Translations under genes and position numbers: made by a program
In this document: positions 1-12,279 of the stretch, in pieces
Numbering within the stretch: position 1 is the stretch's first letter
How the letters are laid out: every line of letters begins with the position of its first letter
The notes under the pieces: generated by a model
What the model saw: the letters and a program-made list of their open reading frames with translations, nothing else
Told to the model about the DNA's origin: nothing
Database searches by the model: none
From: Novakomyces olei
Lineage: Eukaryota
DNA length: 64,000 nucleotides
Direction of reading: 5' to 3'
Assembly: GCA_016906335.1 (NCBI GenBank)
Contig: JADEYG010000007.1
Span: 62,001 to 126,000 of the forward strand

Positions 1-641
1 AAACGATGAAGTAATTGTGACATAGGCAGGACCAATTCCACCTTCAGCTAAGCCCAAGAGAAATCGTAAAGCAGCCAGGGACCCGAAATTATGAGCCGCC
101 GCTGTTATCAAAAGAATTGCTGCCCAGATGATGCAACTGTAGGCGACGAAGCGACCAGGACGAAACTTTGTAATTAAAACCATGACGATAGGTTGCGATA
201 CAAGGTATCCAAAGTAGAAAATTGATCTAGGTATTTAGTACTTGATTTTAAAACTAATGATTCGGAACTTACGAGCACCAAGAATACTCTTGACCTTTCA
301 AATTCAAATTTGTGATCAATCCATAGATCGCGGACTGCGACATGACACTTTTGTCCATGTACGTAAACATGTAAGAGATAAACATCTAAAAAGGTTAACA
401 GTCGGCTTTGGCGATCCAAAGTATTATTTTTTCTTACCGGTGGCATAACATGAAAGTCGATCTTGCGCAAAAGAGCCTTCTCTTCCTCGTTTGTAAAAGA
501 CACAGATCCAACTTCATGTAGGTACTGGAGCGCTTCATCTGGTGCAGTAAAGGCTGTACCTTTAGTAGCATCAAGAGGTAGAACCTCTCCATTCTCCCTA
601 TCTGCATCAATCACCTCGGTGATGTTTTCTGCTTTCTCCAT
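1..641 (-). CDS. MFS transporter, anion:cation symporter (allantoate permease/Dal5-like) family; 5' part, continues past window start
   Basis: ATG 641; LLRKIDFHVMP, intron ~386-437, MFISYMFTYMDKSVMSQSAIYGL..QEYSWCS, intron ~226-271, SIFYFGYLVSQP..LRFLLGLAEGG; typical ACS-family N-half. Confidence 0.85.
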
Positions 642-1356
642 AGTATAGTGTTAATACTAGGGACGATATATAAAGTATAATAGACCCGCAACAAAATGCG
701 TGTATAAATAATTATCAAGCTAAAAAAGGTGATTGGGGAAAATAGTGACAGGTACAAGTAACTCGAGAGATAGAGCCAAAGTCTTGTGGGTAAATGTGGA
801 GCAGAACCTTGTGGTTCAAAACTCGAAGACAGCGCTCTTTTATGGACTTAGGAATGGATGCCTCACGACCTTTTAAGCAGATAAAGGGACTTGAAAAAGA
901 TAAGTTGCGTTTGATTGTCTATAGTCTCTATCAAGCGTGTTATACACCATTGACAACACCTTATTACTGATAAACGTTATCTCAAGTGCGTCGGCTGTAA
1001 AAAGTACGGAATACTTGCCCAAATATGGTTAATAAAGCGACAGTGCGGAAAACTGACCAATTTGAGACGTGCGACACGCAAACTTGCAAAGTCCATATCA
1101 TATCAGTCAGTATCGTTTCACGATTATGTGTAACCACGTAAAGCAGGCAATTGCCGCTGATTACGGAAGAGCGGCTCGCATTGCAATAATCCGACCTTGC
1201 AAACTATTCGAGCATTATAAAGAAGGACAAATTCACTCCAAGTTGCTCTGAATTCTGGCAAGAAAACGGGACGTTTTCTACCAAACAGACACAGGCAGCT
1301 TTGAAATTCGACCGAAAAGCAGACTAGAAACGAGAATCGGAGCATAAAAAGTAAAA

Positions 1357-2683
1357 ATGGCAACAACGGCTATTGTGCAAACACAAGAGAAGGTGGACTC
1401 AAAGAAGCCGCGATGGAACACATCACTGCTCCCGCCCAGAAAAGACTTTGTGCCGCCAAAGACTTTTGTCTTCCCTGCTTTGCTGCAAGAAGTGCCTCTG
1501 AACCCGGATGGGCCCACAGAAGTTCCACAGAAAACAGTTCGTGATTATTCCAAAGAATACGTAAGTCCGGAAACAAGAAAGGAAAAATTGAAAATGCAAT
1601 TAAAGCAATTAAAAAGCATCTAGCTGACATTTATGTAGTACAAGTACAAGCATTTCCTGCCACACAATACCATCACTTCTGAGCCTGCACTAACGCCTTA
1701 CGATCATGTGGATCCGGCTTCGCGAGCTGATCCTGAAAAGAAGGCTTTGTTTGCAGCCATGAAGAAAAGACGTGACGTTACGCCTGTGATTGGTACAGAA
1801 GTGGATGGTGTTCAGCTTACGGAATTGACGAATGAGCAAAAGGACGAGCTTGCTTTGTATGTTGCGGAGCGTGGAGTTGTTGTTTTCCGTAATCAAAATT
1901 TCAAAGATCTCAGTCCAGAGGAACTCAAGGAATACGGATCTTACTTTGGCCGCTTACATGTACATCAATGGGGTACTCATGTGAGAGACCACCCTGAACT
2001 CGTTGTTGTCTTTCGCGACAGTGAGGGAACTTACTTTGACAGTAAGGCCACTGACGCCCTTAACACGACTCAATGGCACTCTGATATGACATATGAAGTG
2101 TAAGACTCGCAATTTTTCGCTTCTTGTCTTCTATATTTTATACAATTCTCGTCCCATGCTGACCCTTAATAGAAACCCGCCTGGAACTACCTTTTTGACT
2201 CAGATTGAAACTCCAGATGTCGGCGGAGATACTCTTTATCTAAGCGCGGTAGAGGCCTTTAGCCGTCTTTCCAAGCCAATGCAAACCTTCTTGGAAGGCC
2301 TGGAGGCAGTACATTCTGGGAAGCAGCAAAACTTGAAATCAAACAAGACAAATCTTATACGCCGACCTGGAATTGAGACTGTTCACCCAGTCGTCCGCCG
2401 ACACCCCGTGACCGGAGCAAAAGCACTATGGATCAATCCAGAATACACTTCCAAGATAGTGGGCTTAAAATCGGATGAAAGCGACAATCTACTTAAATTT
2501 CTGTTTGATCATTTGCAGAAGGGACTGGACTTTCATACTAGAGTGAAATGGGAGCCTGGAAGTGTAACGGTTTACGATAATCGTATGGTCTTGCACTCTG
2601 TCGTTCTTGATTATCCTGTCGGACAAAAAGGCCGCCGTCATTTGCTTCGAGTTACACCACAGGCAGAGAAGCCGGCATTTTAG
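1357..2683 (+). CDS. TauD/JLP1-like 2-oxoglutarate-dependent sulfonate dioxygenase
   Basis: Three exons (introns ~1561-1638 and 2100-2172); motifs IGTEVDGVQL, ERGVVVFRNQ, WHSDMTYE (HxD), GGDT, HPVVRRHP, DNRMVLH, RRHLLRVT. Confidence 0.9.
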
Positions 2684-3060
2684 ATAGTGTATTAGTTGTT
2701 GGTTTAAAATCCTGGATATGAAAAGCTTGTGAAGTTGAGGGAGAAGGGTGTCGGTAGCAAATGTTTAGGTAACCACATATTCTGGCAAGTAGGCGTAGAA
2801 AGTAACTTTAATTACCGTAAAGCTCGCTGTAATTCGTACAAAATAAAAATTTGGGTTTATTGTCTATTCAGAACATATAAAGGCCATTGACTGATGGTGT
2901 ATGTAGTTCACCGATTTTTACTTGTCTGACTAACCCTAACCCTTTAGTTTGTTAAGCAACTTATGTGATACTAAATAACCCTACCTGTAATTAATTAGTT
3001 CTTTCAAGAGTATTATGTCACTCAACAAATAAATTGTTCCCTCTAAGACTATCAATTTCT

Positions 3061-4299
3061 CTAAACTTTACTCATGATTGGATCCAGCAGCTCCCGCTCT
3101 GGAAAAGCATGCGCTTTCTCTGACATTTCCATAGGCTTGACTTGAGGGCGCCATGCCCAAGCTTCCTTGAGGGAGGCAGGGAGCTTGTCTTCGATGCTGT
3201 CCGCAACATATTTCCCAATAACAGGCAGAAACTTGAAGCCATGAGCAGATCCTGCAGTAGCAATATGCAATCCTTTTGCCGGATGGGCTCCGATTACAAA
3301 GTGCAAGTCATTGCTATCCAAATCCCAGCAAAGTCGTGGGTTTATCCAAGGCCTTTCAGCAACCTGCGGAATTGTCTCGGCAACAAAATCACGAATCTCT
3401 CTTTCCATTACAGGTGGGATTCCAATTTCCGGGTGGTCCTTTGCTGAAATCTTTCGCGATAGAGGCGTGTTTTTGTAGTTGGCAAGGAATCTAACGGTTG
3501 TAACCTTCATGATATTGTCTTTGTTTGGTGGAAAGATAATGCCTCTTTCAAGATGATCCATTATCGGTATATCCTTGTACAGCTTTGCTTCTTCTGGTGT
3601 AAGCTGAACATGGCCGACACAATGAGCTTTGGCATTGAGCGTATTGTTTGCATTGACAAGCGCGCCTGATCCTGCTCCGGCCGCCAGTACGACTAGCGAG
3701 CTAGGAATAAACTTGTTTTCAGTAGTAATCACACCATTGCAATCTCCCGTTTCATTGAAAGAAATTTTCGAAATGCTGAAAGTCTCTCCACAAAGAAACT
3801 TCACTCCCATAGCCTCAGCTGCTTTGGCCATAGACAAAGTCGCTCCCGCTGCATCTGCCCATCCGGCCATTGGGTTCCATAGTGTAGTCCAGTCCGGGAA
3901 ACTTCCATCCGCAAGTGGTGCAAAACGTTTACGAATTGTCTCTGCTGAAACATATTCTGCTCCCTTTACGCCGAGAGCTTGGTTGTTTTCTAATGATTTT
4001 TTGATGAAGCCTTTGCCGGCACCGCTAGAAGCCAAGAGCCAGCCTGAACGGTGATAGTGCTCATTGAATATAGTATTAGGATCGGCCCACTCGTTAATAG
4101 CCTCTATACCGAGCTGCGAGTAAATAGGCTCCGAGTAATCTGACCGAATGACTTTGTTAATATCAGTGGAAGCTGCTTCGAAGCTGGGAACGGGGAACCT
4201 GTCCAGAACGACTACATTACTGTAGCCACGTTTTGCCAAATGGTATGCCGTAGAAACACCAAAAGCTCCTGCGCCAACGACAACAATCTTGTCCTCCAT
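3061..4299 (-). CDS. FAD-dependent sarcosine/fructosyl-amine/pipecolate oxidase family protein
   Basis: Intronless; likely ATG 4299; GAGAFG Rossmann motif, STDINKVIR, RLCWD (Cys at the covalent-flavin position), GSAHGFKFLP. Confidence 0.88.
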   Translation of the reverse strand: MEDKIVVVGAGAFGVSTAYHLAKRGYSNVVVLDRFPVPSFEAASTDINKVIRSDYSEPIYSQLGIEAINEWADPNTIFNEHYHRSGWLLASSGAGKGFIKKSLENNQALGVKGAEYVSAETIRKRFAPLADGSFPDWTTLWNPMAGWADAAGATLSMAKAAEAMGVKFLCGETFSISKISFNETGDCNGVITTENKFIPSSLVVLAAGAGSGALVNANNTLNAKAHCVGHVQLTPEEAKLYKDIPIMDHLERGIIFPPNKDNIMKVTTVRFLANYKNTPLSRKISAKDHPEIGIPPVMEREIRDFVAETIPQVAERPWINPRLCWDLDSNDLHFVIGAHPAKGLHIATAGSAHGFKFLPVIGKYVADSIEDKLPASLKEAWAWRPQVKPMEMSEKAHAFPERELLDPIMSKV

Positions 4300-5299
4300 A
4301 TTGCGTTTAAATTGACTGTGCGATGCCATGCGGATATATACTCGATGATTAATTTTGCGTGGGCTGTCTCGCAAGTTTTACCCATTTTTCGGCTCTTATT
4401 GCCAGCAAGATTGGTCGGCTCAAGGGGCTAGTCGATGATAGCGCATGAGATTACTTCCAATTTCGACTTTGAGGTCAGACTGGGGTACATATGCTGGGAA
4501 CGTTACTTGTATGGTAACGCAGGTAAGCGCTATCCGCCTTCAGCGATGTTCTACGATCGCCGTCCCGTATATTAGAATTCTGAATAATAATAACTCGAAT
4601 ACCGTAATGGCCTTGATTACTGCCTGTACATTGTACGTTTGCTCTATGTTTATTCTATGTAGCCATAACCTTTTCGACAATAGAAATAGAAATGGAAAAT
4701 AAAAATATAGATCATAACAGCAATGGAATGAAATCAAAAGCAAGACGGTTTGCAATATTAACACTAATCTAAGCTTTTGCAGCGTCAATGAAACTTGTTG
4801 GTTTTGATTCTATTATATGCAATGCTTTTTTACTGTAGCGATATAGCTGAAATACACAGATCGCAACTTAGCATCGGTTCCTGTGCACCAAGTTGATAAG
4901 GTCGATTTTCTCTCAGAGTGGCAAAAAGAATGATTACAGTTGTCCATGTTGACCTGATAACGGTTGCTCACAGACAATAAGATCAAAAGCCGCCTGTATC
5001 AAAGTCAAGATTCTCAAATGCGTTCTCGACGCCCACCCAAGTCACACTCCTGTCCGCGTCATTTGATCTCTAGGCGCACAAAGTAGGGTTTTCCTCGCAA
5101 GTTTTTGCCAATATTTATTTGACTATCTTGCGTGGGCTGTTGCTGAGATAAAAGACTACTTATCTATTATAATATAAGACTTGTGTTATACTATATAAAG
5201 CCACGGCTTGCATGAACTGAACGGCTTGTCGCCGAATATTTACGATCTGGTCTCAATACATCAACTTGTTATCTTTTTTTATTGTGCCTTCAAAGTACA

Positions 5300-7319
5300 A
5301 TGGACGGACAACCGAATTATGATGTGGAAAAAGATGTTCACTTGGGAGCAAAGGCTGTGTCTCCCGCATCGGAGGCAGAAGTAGTTGATATCGGGTACGG
5401 TGGGCTGGTTGAAAATGTGCAGGGAAATTATAAGAAGACTATGAGTGGACGGCACGTTCAGGTAAGCCATTTGAAATATATGTTTTGCTGACTCAAAAGA
5501 TTCTCGCGTTCGGTATTTTTGTCGATTATTATAAAGGCATTTTCTAATTGTGAAAGGCGGTACGATCGGAGCTGGAATATTTATATCAACTGGACACGCG
5601 TTAAGAGAGTAAGTGTTTTATCTAAATTACGAATAAGCTAATTGAATCAGAGCTGGTCCTGGAAACATGGTTTTAGGATACGGTTTGGTTGTTACACAAG
5701 TTCTTGCGGTACTGATGGTTCTTGCTGAGCTTGTCGTGGCGTTTCCTACAAGCGGAAATTTTGTCGATTACACAAACAGATTCGTCGGTGGTGGTGAAGG
5801 TATGTCAGAATCTACTTGTATATATCTTGTTGACATTCACAGCATTTGGCATAGCGATTGCGGAATGGATAGCGTGGACATCTACTATTGGGTACTTCCT
5901 TTTTTACAAAAGTCCTGTTTTAACATACAGATTTGAAGCTTCAGCCTTTTCGGGCCTTGTCGAATTTTGGTCAGATAAATGTCCACGGGCCGTACTCATT
6001 ACAATATTTCTTGTTTGTACGCTTGCTATCCATTTTTTTCCGGTCAGAATTTTCGGTGAATTTGAATTTTTGACATGCTCGGCGCGTATAATTGTCATTA
6101 CCATTTTCATTATCACTTCTTGTGTCGTAATTGCAGGAGGTGCACCTGAAGGAGGACGCTTAACTGGACAGTATTGGCATTATGGACCCGTGTTTCATCA
6201 CGCCTTCAAAGTGAGAAAAAAGTCATTTTTCTTTTTATTAATATTCAGGGATTCATTACTTGCGCTGCACTTGCTTGCTCGGCCATTGGAGATCAAGTGA
6301 TTGTTGGTATGATGGCAGCTGAAGCCCAGAATCCTGCTATGATCATGCCTCGGTCCGTCAAGCTTACGTTCTTTCGTTGCGGATTTGTATATATGATCAC
6401 AATCATATTTATCACAATCTTGGTACCGCAAAACGACCCTGATCTCTTCAGTGAATCGTCTATTGGCGCATCACCTCTCGTCATTGCCTTCAAGCGAGCC
6501 GGGATTAAAGTTCTGCCATGTAAGTTGTTATTTTATTCTAATTTCTTTTGTTCAAATATTTTTTATTGGAATTAAAAGCTAAATTTGAACCCAAGCAATC
6601 CTTAATGGAGTCATGATTGCCGGTCTGTTGGCTATAGCCACCGAGTCGCTTTACATTTCCTCTCGAGTTTTACGTGAAATGGGTCGTCTTCGATTCGCTC
6701 CTCGTTTTTTCCAGCATGTCGATAAACGTGGTCGCCCAACTTGGGCATTAATCTTCACGGGAGCTATCGGTGTTTTGTTTTCCTATCTCAATTTGTCATC
6801 AGGTGGCACAACTGTCTTTCTATGGTTTGCAGACATTGCTTCGGTAAGATATACAGTGTTACCAGAAACATTATTTTTCTAATTTTGCAGACGGCATGGT
6901 TCTTTGTATGGGTTATGTTAAGCGTTGTGAGCCTAAGATTTCACCGGGCAATCAGGCTTCAGAGCAGCGATATTTTTTCACAACCATGGTCGTACCGGAT
7001 GCCCTTTTATCCATTCGCCCCGGTCTATCTTCTTGTATCATCCATAGTTTGCTTGGGCGGAATGATTTATGTGGGTGCGTCACCAATTGGAGCAAGCTCT
7101 TCCGCGAATAGCTTCTTCCAAGAAAATATTGGAATAATTGTCGTCATATTCTTTGCTATTGTTTACAAGATCTATTACCGCACGAATTTAGTCGACCTCA
7201 ACAAGGCCGACTTGGCTACCGGACGTTTTTATCCAACCGAAGAAGAGTCCATGGCTATGGAAAAATACAAGAGTTTACCGCTTTCTCGACGACTTTTGTC
7301 GTACTTGAACGGAACGTGA
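5300..7319 (+). CDS. Amino acid permease (APC/YAT family), multi-intron
   Basis: Spliced product RHVQILAFGGTIGAGIF, AGPG, FGEFEF, AAEAQNP, SPLVIA, SSRVL, VDKRGRP; ~8 GT-AG introns incl. 13-nt exon 5500-5512. Confidence 0.88.
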
Positions 7320-7683
7320 GCGTTGGACCGAACTTACGGATTTTTTAGATTTTTTTTCAATATATACGTCGGAGTTACGTTTAAGATTTAGCTTTCCGAA
7401 GACTTGTTACCACGACAACCTTTAGTATAAGTATTGTTTCTATTTTAGAATAAACTAAGTAGTAACCCAGCTACCCCTAATACTCTGCAGTAGCATGTAA
7501 TTCTGACAACTTTTATGCAGCAAGCCCAGTTTTGACCCTAGGGTTAATGTACCCGTTGCAAATATTTTTGAGACTGCAGGAAGAAGTCACGAGTATGATC
7601 TCATGAGGACGGCAGTTCAACGTATTGAACTATGTTTTGCCTGGGCTATCAGTGCAGAATCCTTTGGATCAATTATCTGAACT

Positions 7684-9095
7684 ATGGCTTCCAAACCATC
7701 ATTGCGAAGCAGAGCGGAAAAGAAGCCCCGGCGACGTGGAGCAAATACTACCTTTGACGATCTGGATCAATTTGAGTCAAAGGAACTTTCGCATCAAGTA
7801 CACCGAATGACTTTGGCTAAACTTGCTAATACAATTACTAGCTGGCTGATATGGGACTGTATATCAAGGATATGGTCGGTGACGGAAATTGTCTTTTCAG
7901 TATGTCGTATTTCTGTATAGGCTTTCACTAAACAACCATCATCACAGGGTATACGTTTGCAAATTGTCGGCTGTTTCGATGTACTAAATGATATGCATGA
8001 AAGAGCACTGTCTGATCAGTTTTTCGGCCATCCGCGGAATTTTGATTTGGTGCGTCGAAGGATCGTTGAATTTGAACGCGCACATGGTTCTTATTTTGCC
8101 GGCTTCATAGATGACTCGGAGCCCTGGAACCAGCATCTCCACCGAATGGCTCAGGATGGTAAAAATGTCCACAGAATTTTAATTGCCATGGCTGACTTTT
8201 TGTTGAAGGAACTTTTGGAGATAATATTGAATTAGTGGCATTTGCAGGTGCTTTTTGTCGCAATATTCGCATATACCACCCGGGATATATTTACACTATC
8301 CCATACTCACCAGAAGCCACTGACACGGATGGTCTTTTTGACAAAGACTATGACGCGGATCCTGTGATCGACTGTACTCCCCAAAACGAAGAGATTCATA
8401 TTGCATATGTATGTAAAATTGTCTTAATTGCTATATCGTTCAAATCAATTTATCAATTAGTATTCCATTGGTTTTGTTTCTGAGGGATATAACCTGCTGA
8501 AAAGGAAAGTGTTTCTAACAAATAGCATTCTTGGGAACATTACTCCAGTGTTCGGAATATAGACGGGCCTCATACGAATTTGCCGCACGTCGAACCTAAA
8601 GAAACTCCCGGATGCGCAGCAGCGGCGGCAGAGGAAAGGAGAAGAATACACCAACAGCAACTCTCAGACCCTAACCGGCCTGCTTCTGACGTTGAAAAGA
8701 CAGTTATGGCGAGTGTTCCTGGCTGTTCATTGCGACTTGCAAGAAAGACTTTAATAGCCGTTAACAGTAATATTAATTCCGCGGTTGACGCACTATTGGA
8801 AGCAGACCAATGGGAAGATGAAGACGAAGGGGCAGAGAAGTCGGTCAATGAAGCGGCAAACGAATTTTCGCCTTCGGCATCTGAAACTCAGGGCACGAGT
8901 GGTGATGGAAAGGCCATTTCCAAGGCTCCCGCCATAATACGAACATCCGCTAGAGAACGAAAGGATAAAGCAAAGAGCGCGCAAAAGGAGCGCGCACTGG
9001 CAAAGAAACGGGCAAAGAGGATCGTTAACGAGCCAGCGCAAACAAAAGACGATCAAAGAGCAGCCGAGTTGCGTATGAAACTAATGTCTATATAG
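7684..9095 (+). CDS. OTU-domain deubiquitinase (OTUD3-like) with C-terminal CUE/UBA-like region
   Basis: Spliced DGNCLFRALSDQ catalytic Cys motif, FGDNIELVAFA, HIAY..WEHYSSVRNIDGPH His motif; C-terminal INSAVDALLE; basic tail. Confidence 0.8.
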
Positions 9096-9344
9096 ATGTC
9101 AGAAAGGCAAGATTACCTTATGTAACAAAAGTATAGTAAATATAGAATGACGATGATTTACCTGGTGTTTTGAGGGAATAGATGTAAATTCGATTTGGCT
9201 CTAGCAGCTGAATAGATTACGCAAGGCTATATATAAAAGAAAGAAGAACAATAATAATATGTATATACAAATAACCCGATTTTATGTACACAAGGTGCGA
9301 CTGAAGCATCCCGTTCTACTGACCTTAACGACCCGGCCTGTTGC

Positions 9345-10655
9345 TTATTCGACCTGCTCCATCAATTTAATGGATTTGATAACTAACCCGCGATCATAAT
9401 CGCTCTGAGGCCAGCTAGGCAGCCAGCTGTCTCGAGCTTCCCAGAACTGAGCAGCGGCATTTTTGTTGCTGTTAACCCAAGGCTTATTACCCCGTCCATC
9501 CGGGAACCAGCCGTTGGTTCCGCCTACATCGACGTTGAGAATCAAGAAAAATTGTTGATCAAACGGCGTCGATTTCCGCCCTGTTGCCCAAATATCCAGC
9601 ATGGCAGTGGAATTAGACCCCGTCAACCCGACAAAATCACCACGTTCCCAAAATGATTCGTGGAAAGGAACGTAGAGAATTTGCAACAAACGGCTGTCCA
9701 TAAAAGTATACAAAAAGTTTCGACTCCACTCTAAGCCAAATGTATGAAACTCTTGACTGAAATCGTGGTAGACACCCTGCAGGGCCGCCGTCGTCTTGTA
9801 GTACCTGTCGTACGCCATCTCCGGACCCCAATGAAGCGTGCTTTTAACCTCATTACGTCCGGCCCGGTAGCCGAGGTAGGTGTGATTGTTCCCCACCGAT
9901 TCAGCAATATCGATCTCGCCAGACCGAGGCCACACGCCGTACACGTTATCCACGGGCATCATCCAAATAGCCGGCCACAGCCAATCACCGCGAGGAAACT
10001 TGGCCGTTACCTCAACCCGGCCGTACCGAATACTTTGCCGAGTCTTTAGTCGAGCCGATCGGACAGGCGGCAGGACACGGCCCAGCGTAGCATTTGACGT
10101 CACTGCACAGTCTGCATCATTCTGAGAAGTACACACACCAGACTCTGTAAGATTTACAGAGTATCCATCAAGCAAATCGCTTTCGCTCAGTATATCGGTC
10201 GTGAGTGTGGGCACAATGTACAGCATGCCGTCTTTAACGTAAGAATTACGTGAACTATTGGTCGCCCAATCAAAGACGCCATTTCCAAACCCTCCGACTT
10301 GCTGTTCGTGGATGAAAATGTCTTTGCTGATCTCGTCAAAGTACGGAATATCAATAACGGTTCTGTACTTGTAGTTTGGCGCTTTATGATAACCCCAAAA
10401 AGCCATAAAGCCAATGATACCCAGGCCACATATAGCGGCGCTCACGACAAAGATGCCCGGCATGTAGAGACGGAACACGCGTTTACGCGCGTGCAGCCAA
10501 GGCTTCTCAATAGGGCCATTAATCAGGCTCGTGCGGTGAACGTACCGCCGATGCCGACGGCCACCACCACTTAACAGCGATGACGTTCTTGAGGACGTGT
10601 AAGCCGGTCCCACTGCTGCTCCTGCGGCCGATTTTTCACTAATACTTGAATCCAT
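9345..10655 (-). CDS. Membrane-anchored GH16 beta-1,3-glucanase / beta-glucan-binding-type protein
   Basis: Intronless 436 aa; single N-proximal TM; PPVRSARL, GDWLWPAIWMMP, WPRSGEIDIAE (ExDxxE), PFDQQFFLILNVDVGG. Confidence 0.88.
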   Translation of the reverse strand: MDSSISEKSAAGAAVGPAYTSSRTSSLLSGGGRRHRRYVHRTSLINGPIEKPWLHARKRVFRLYMPGIFVVSAAICGLGIIGFMAFWGYHKAPNYKYRTVIDIPYFDEISKDIFIHEQQVGGFGNGVFDWATNSSRNSYVKDGMLYIVPTLTTDILSESDLLDGYSVNLTESGVCTSQNDADCAVTSNATLGRVLPPVRSARLKTRQSIRYGRVEVTAKFPRGDWLWPAIWMMPVDNVYGVWPRSGEIDIAESVGNNHTYLGYRAGRNEVKSTLHWGPEMAYDRYYKTTAALQGVYHDFSQEFHTFGLEWSRNFLYTFMDSRLLQILYVPFHESFWERGDFVGLTGSNSTAMLDIWATGRKSTPFDQQFFLILNVDVGGTNGWFPDGRGNKPWVNSNKNAAAQFWEARDSWLPSWPQSDYDRGLVIKSIKLMEQVE

Positions 10656-12279
10656 GGCGGCTGCTGCGACGCGGTAAGGGTGAGTTTAATCTAGACGCTG
10701 CCGTTTACCGTGGAGTAAACTGGCGGCCAGAATAATGAGGAAAAATTTGAAAGGAAACAATTGAAGGGAAACAATTGAAGGATAACAATTGCATTAGAAA
10801 TTCAATAAAGAGATGGAGCAAAGAAAGCCTTGGTGCCGTATGGCATGTATTTAATTAATCCAACAATCCTGGGCCCCGGACTTTATTTCTTGTTTACTTC
10901 CGTTACCGACCCATAAACGGAAATACGCTAGCGCAAAACGCAATGTGATTTGCCGGCGCGCTCTAAGAAGTCTAAGAAGTTAAAATGATGTTTGTACAAT
11001 AAAACGCAACGAGCAGTAACCGCGCACTTGCGATCGAGATTGTATCAGTTGCCGATGTTTGTGAAGTCATACGTTTGACGATTTTCGCAAGATTTTCATC
11101 ATAGTAGCGAGCTGAAACTTCCAAAATCGTGGTTTGCCATCGCTGATAAGGTGGACGAGCCTTTCATAATCGTCGGCAGAAACGGAAAACACATCATCGG
11201 TAAGTCTGCATTAGGTAATGCGCTGCCGCAAGTTTCAATACTCCACACAGCCAATCAAGGAGCTTGTAGACAGGACGGAATTATTCTAGCCTGGTCGCCG
11301 GAGAAGGATTACTTGTGGACTAGGAGATGTTCACGTTTTAATATTTCGTTCCGAGGGACTATTCATCTTACAAGATTTAATATTATTATAACCACCCTTT
11401 TTGGTGGGTGACCTTTTTCATTTTTTATTCTACTCAAATTAGCCTAACTTAAATTTGAAATTTGATTAAATTTCATTCTGTGTAAATTATCGCGTGGTAG
11501 AATACATTAATTTCTTTGCTTCTAGCGTTATTCACAATTTTGTACATTATTTTTGCCTAAGCTATCGTCACTCAACGACACGAGAATCATAATGGTGGTG
11601 TTTTATGGTGCCCAGCGACCAAAATTCTCCCGCAAATTGGTCTAGAGCAGTGGTCTTGCCACTAATCCCCATTTTCGTCGAGATTTATATATTAAATTTG
11701 CTTGTCGCATTTAATAAAGACACCTTCTACTGTCCCAATTTTCAGTACAGTTGCTATGTAGAAAGAAACTTTAGTAGTAGCACACCTCTTACCACCCAAG
11801 TTGGGCGAATACTTCACTAAATTAGTCGGAAACTGTTATAGATTTCGAATATTCTTATTCGGGCCTAGCGTCCTGACCCGTTTAGCTCCAAAAGTATCCG
11901 AATTAAGCATTTGGGGCTCCTTCCTATCACTAGCGCAGTTGACCCTTTGTTTACTCGGCTTGAAGATAGGCGCAAATTGCCACAAATGCCATCTCATTTG
12001 TAGTTCAGCTCTCATCAATTGTACCAGTAATATACGAAAAAGAGTATGAGTTTTTATCCGGGTGGTGCATTATTCAAACCGTGGAGATACGCTGTAAAGG
12101 GCGAGAACACCCGATCTATTGGTCTGGCTCTGTAATTTATCGTCATCGATGTTCCTTTTTTGAGTAGTCTTTGCCTTCGATGCTGATAGTTATAATGTCA
12201 TCCATATCTCTCAGAGCCCGCTATTAATAATGAAGAGCGCCTTGTCCAGTTCAACGCCTCCTTTCATCTGTTATTTAGT

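Noticed and set aside
5282-7319. Apparent frameshifted pseudogene (also at 18.3-28.3 kb and 34.2-35.9 kb)
   Set aside because: The breaks I traced coincide with canonical GT-AG introns that restore the frame
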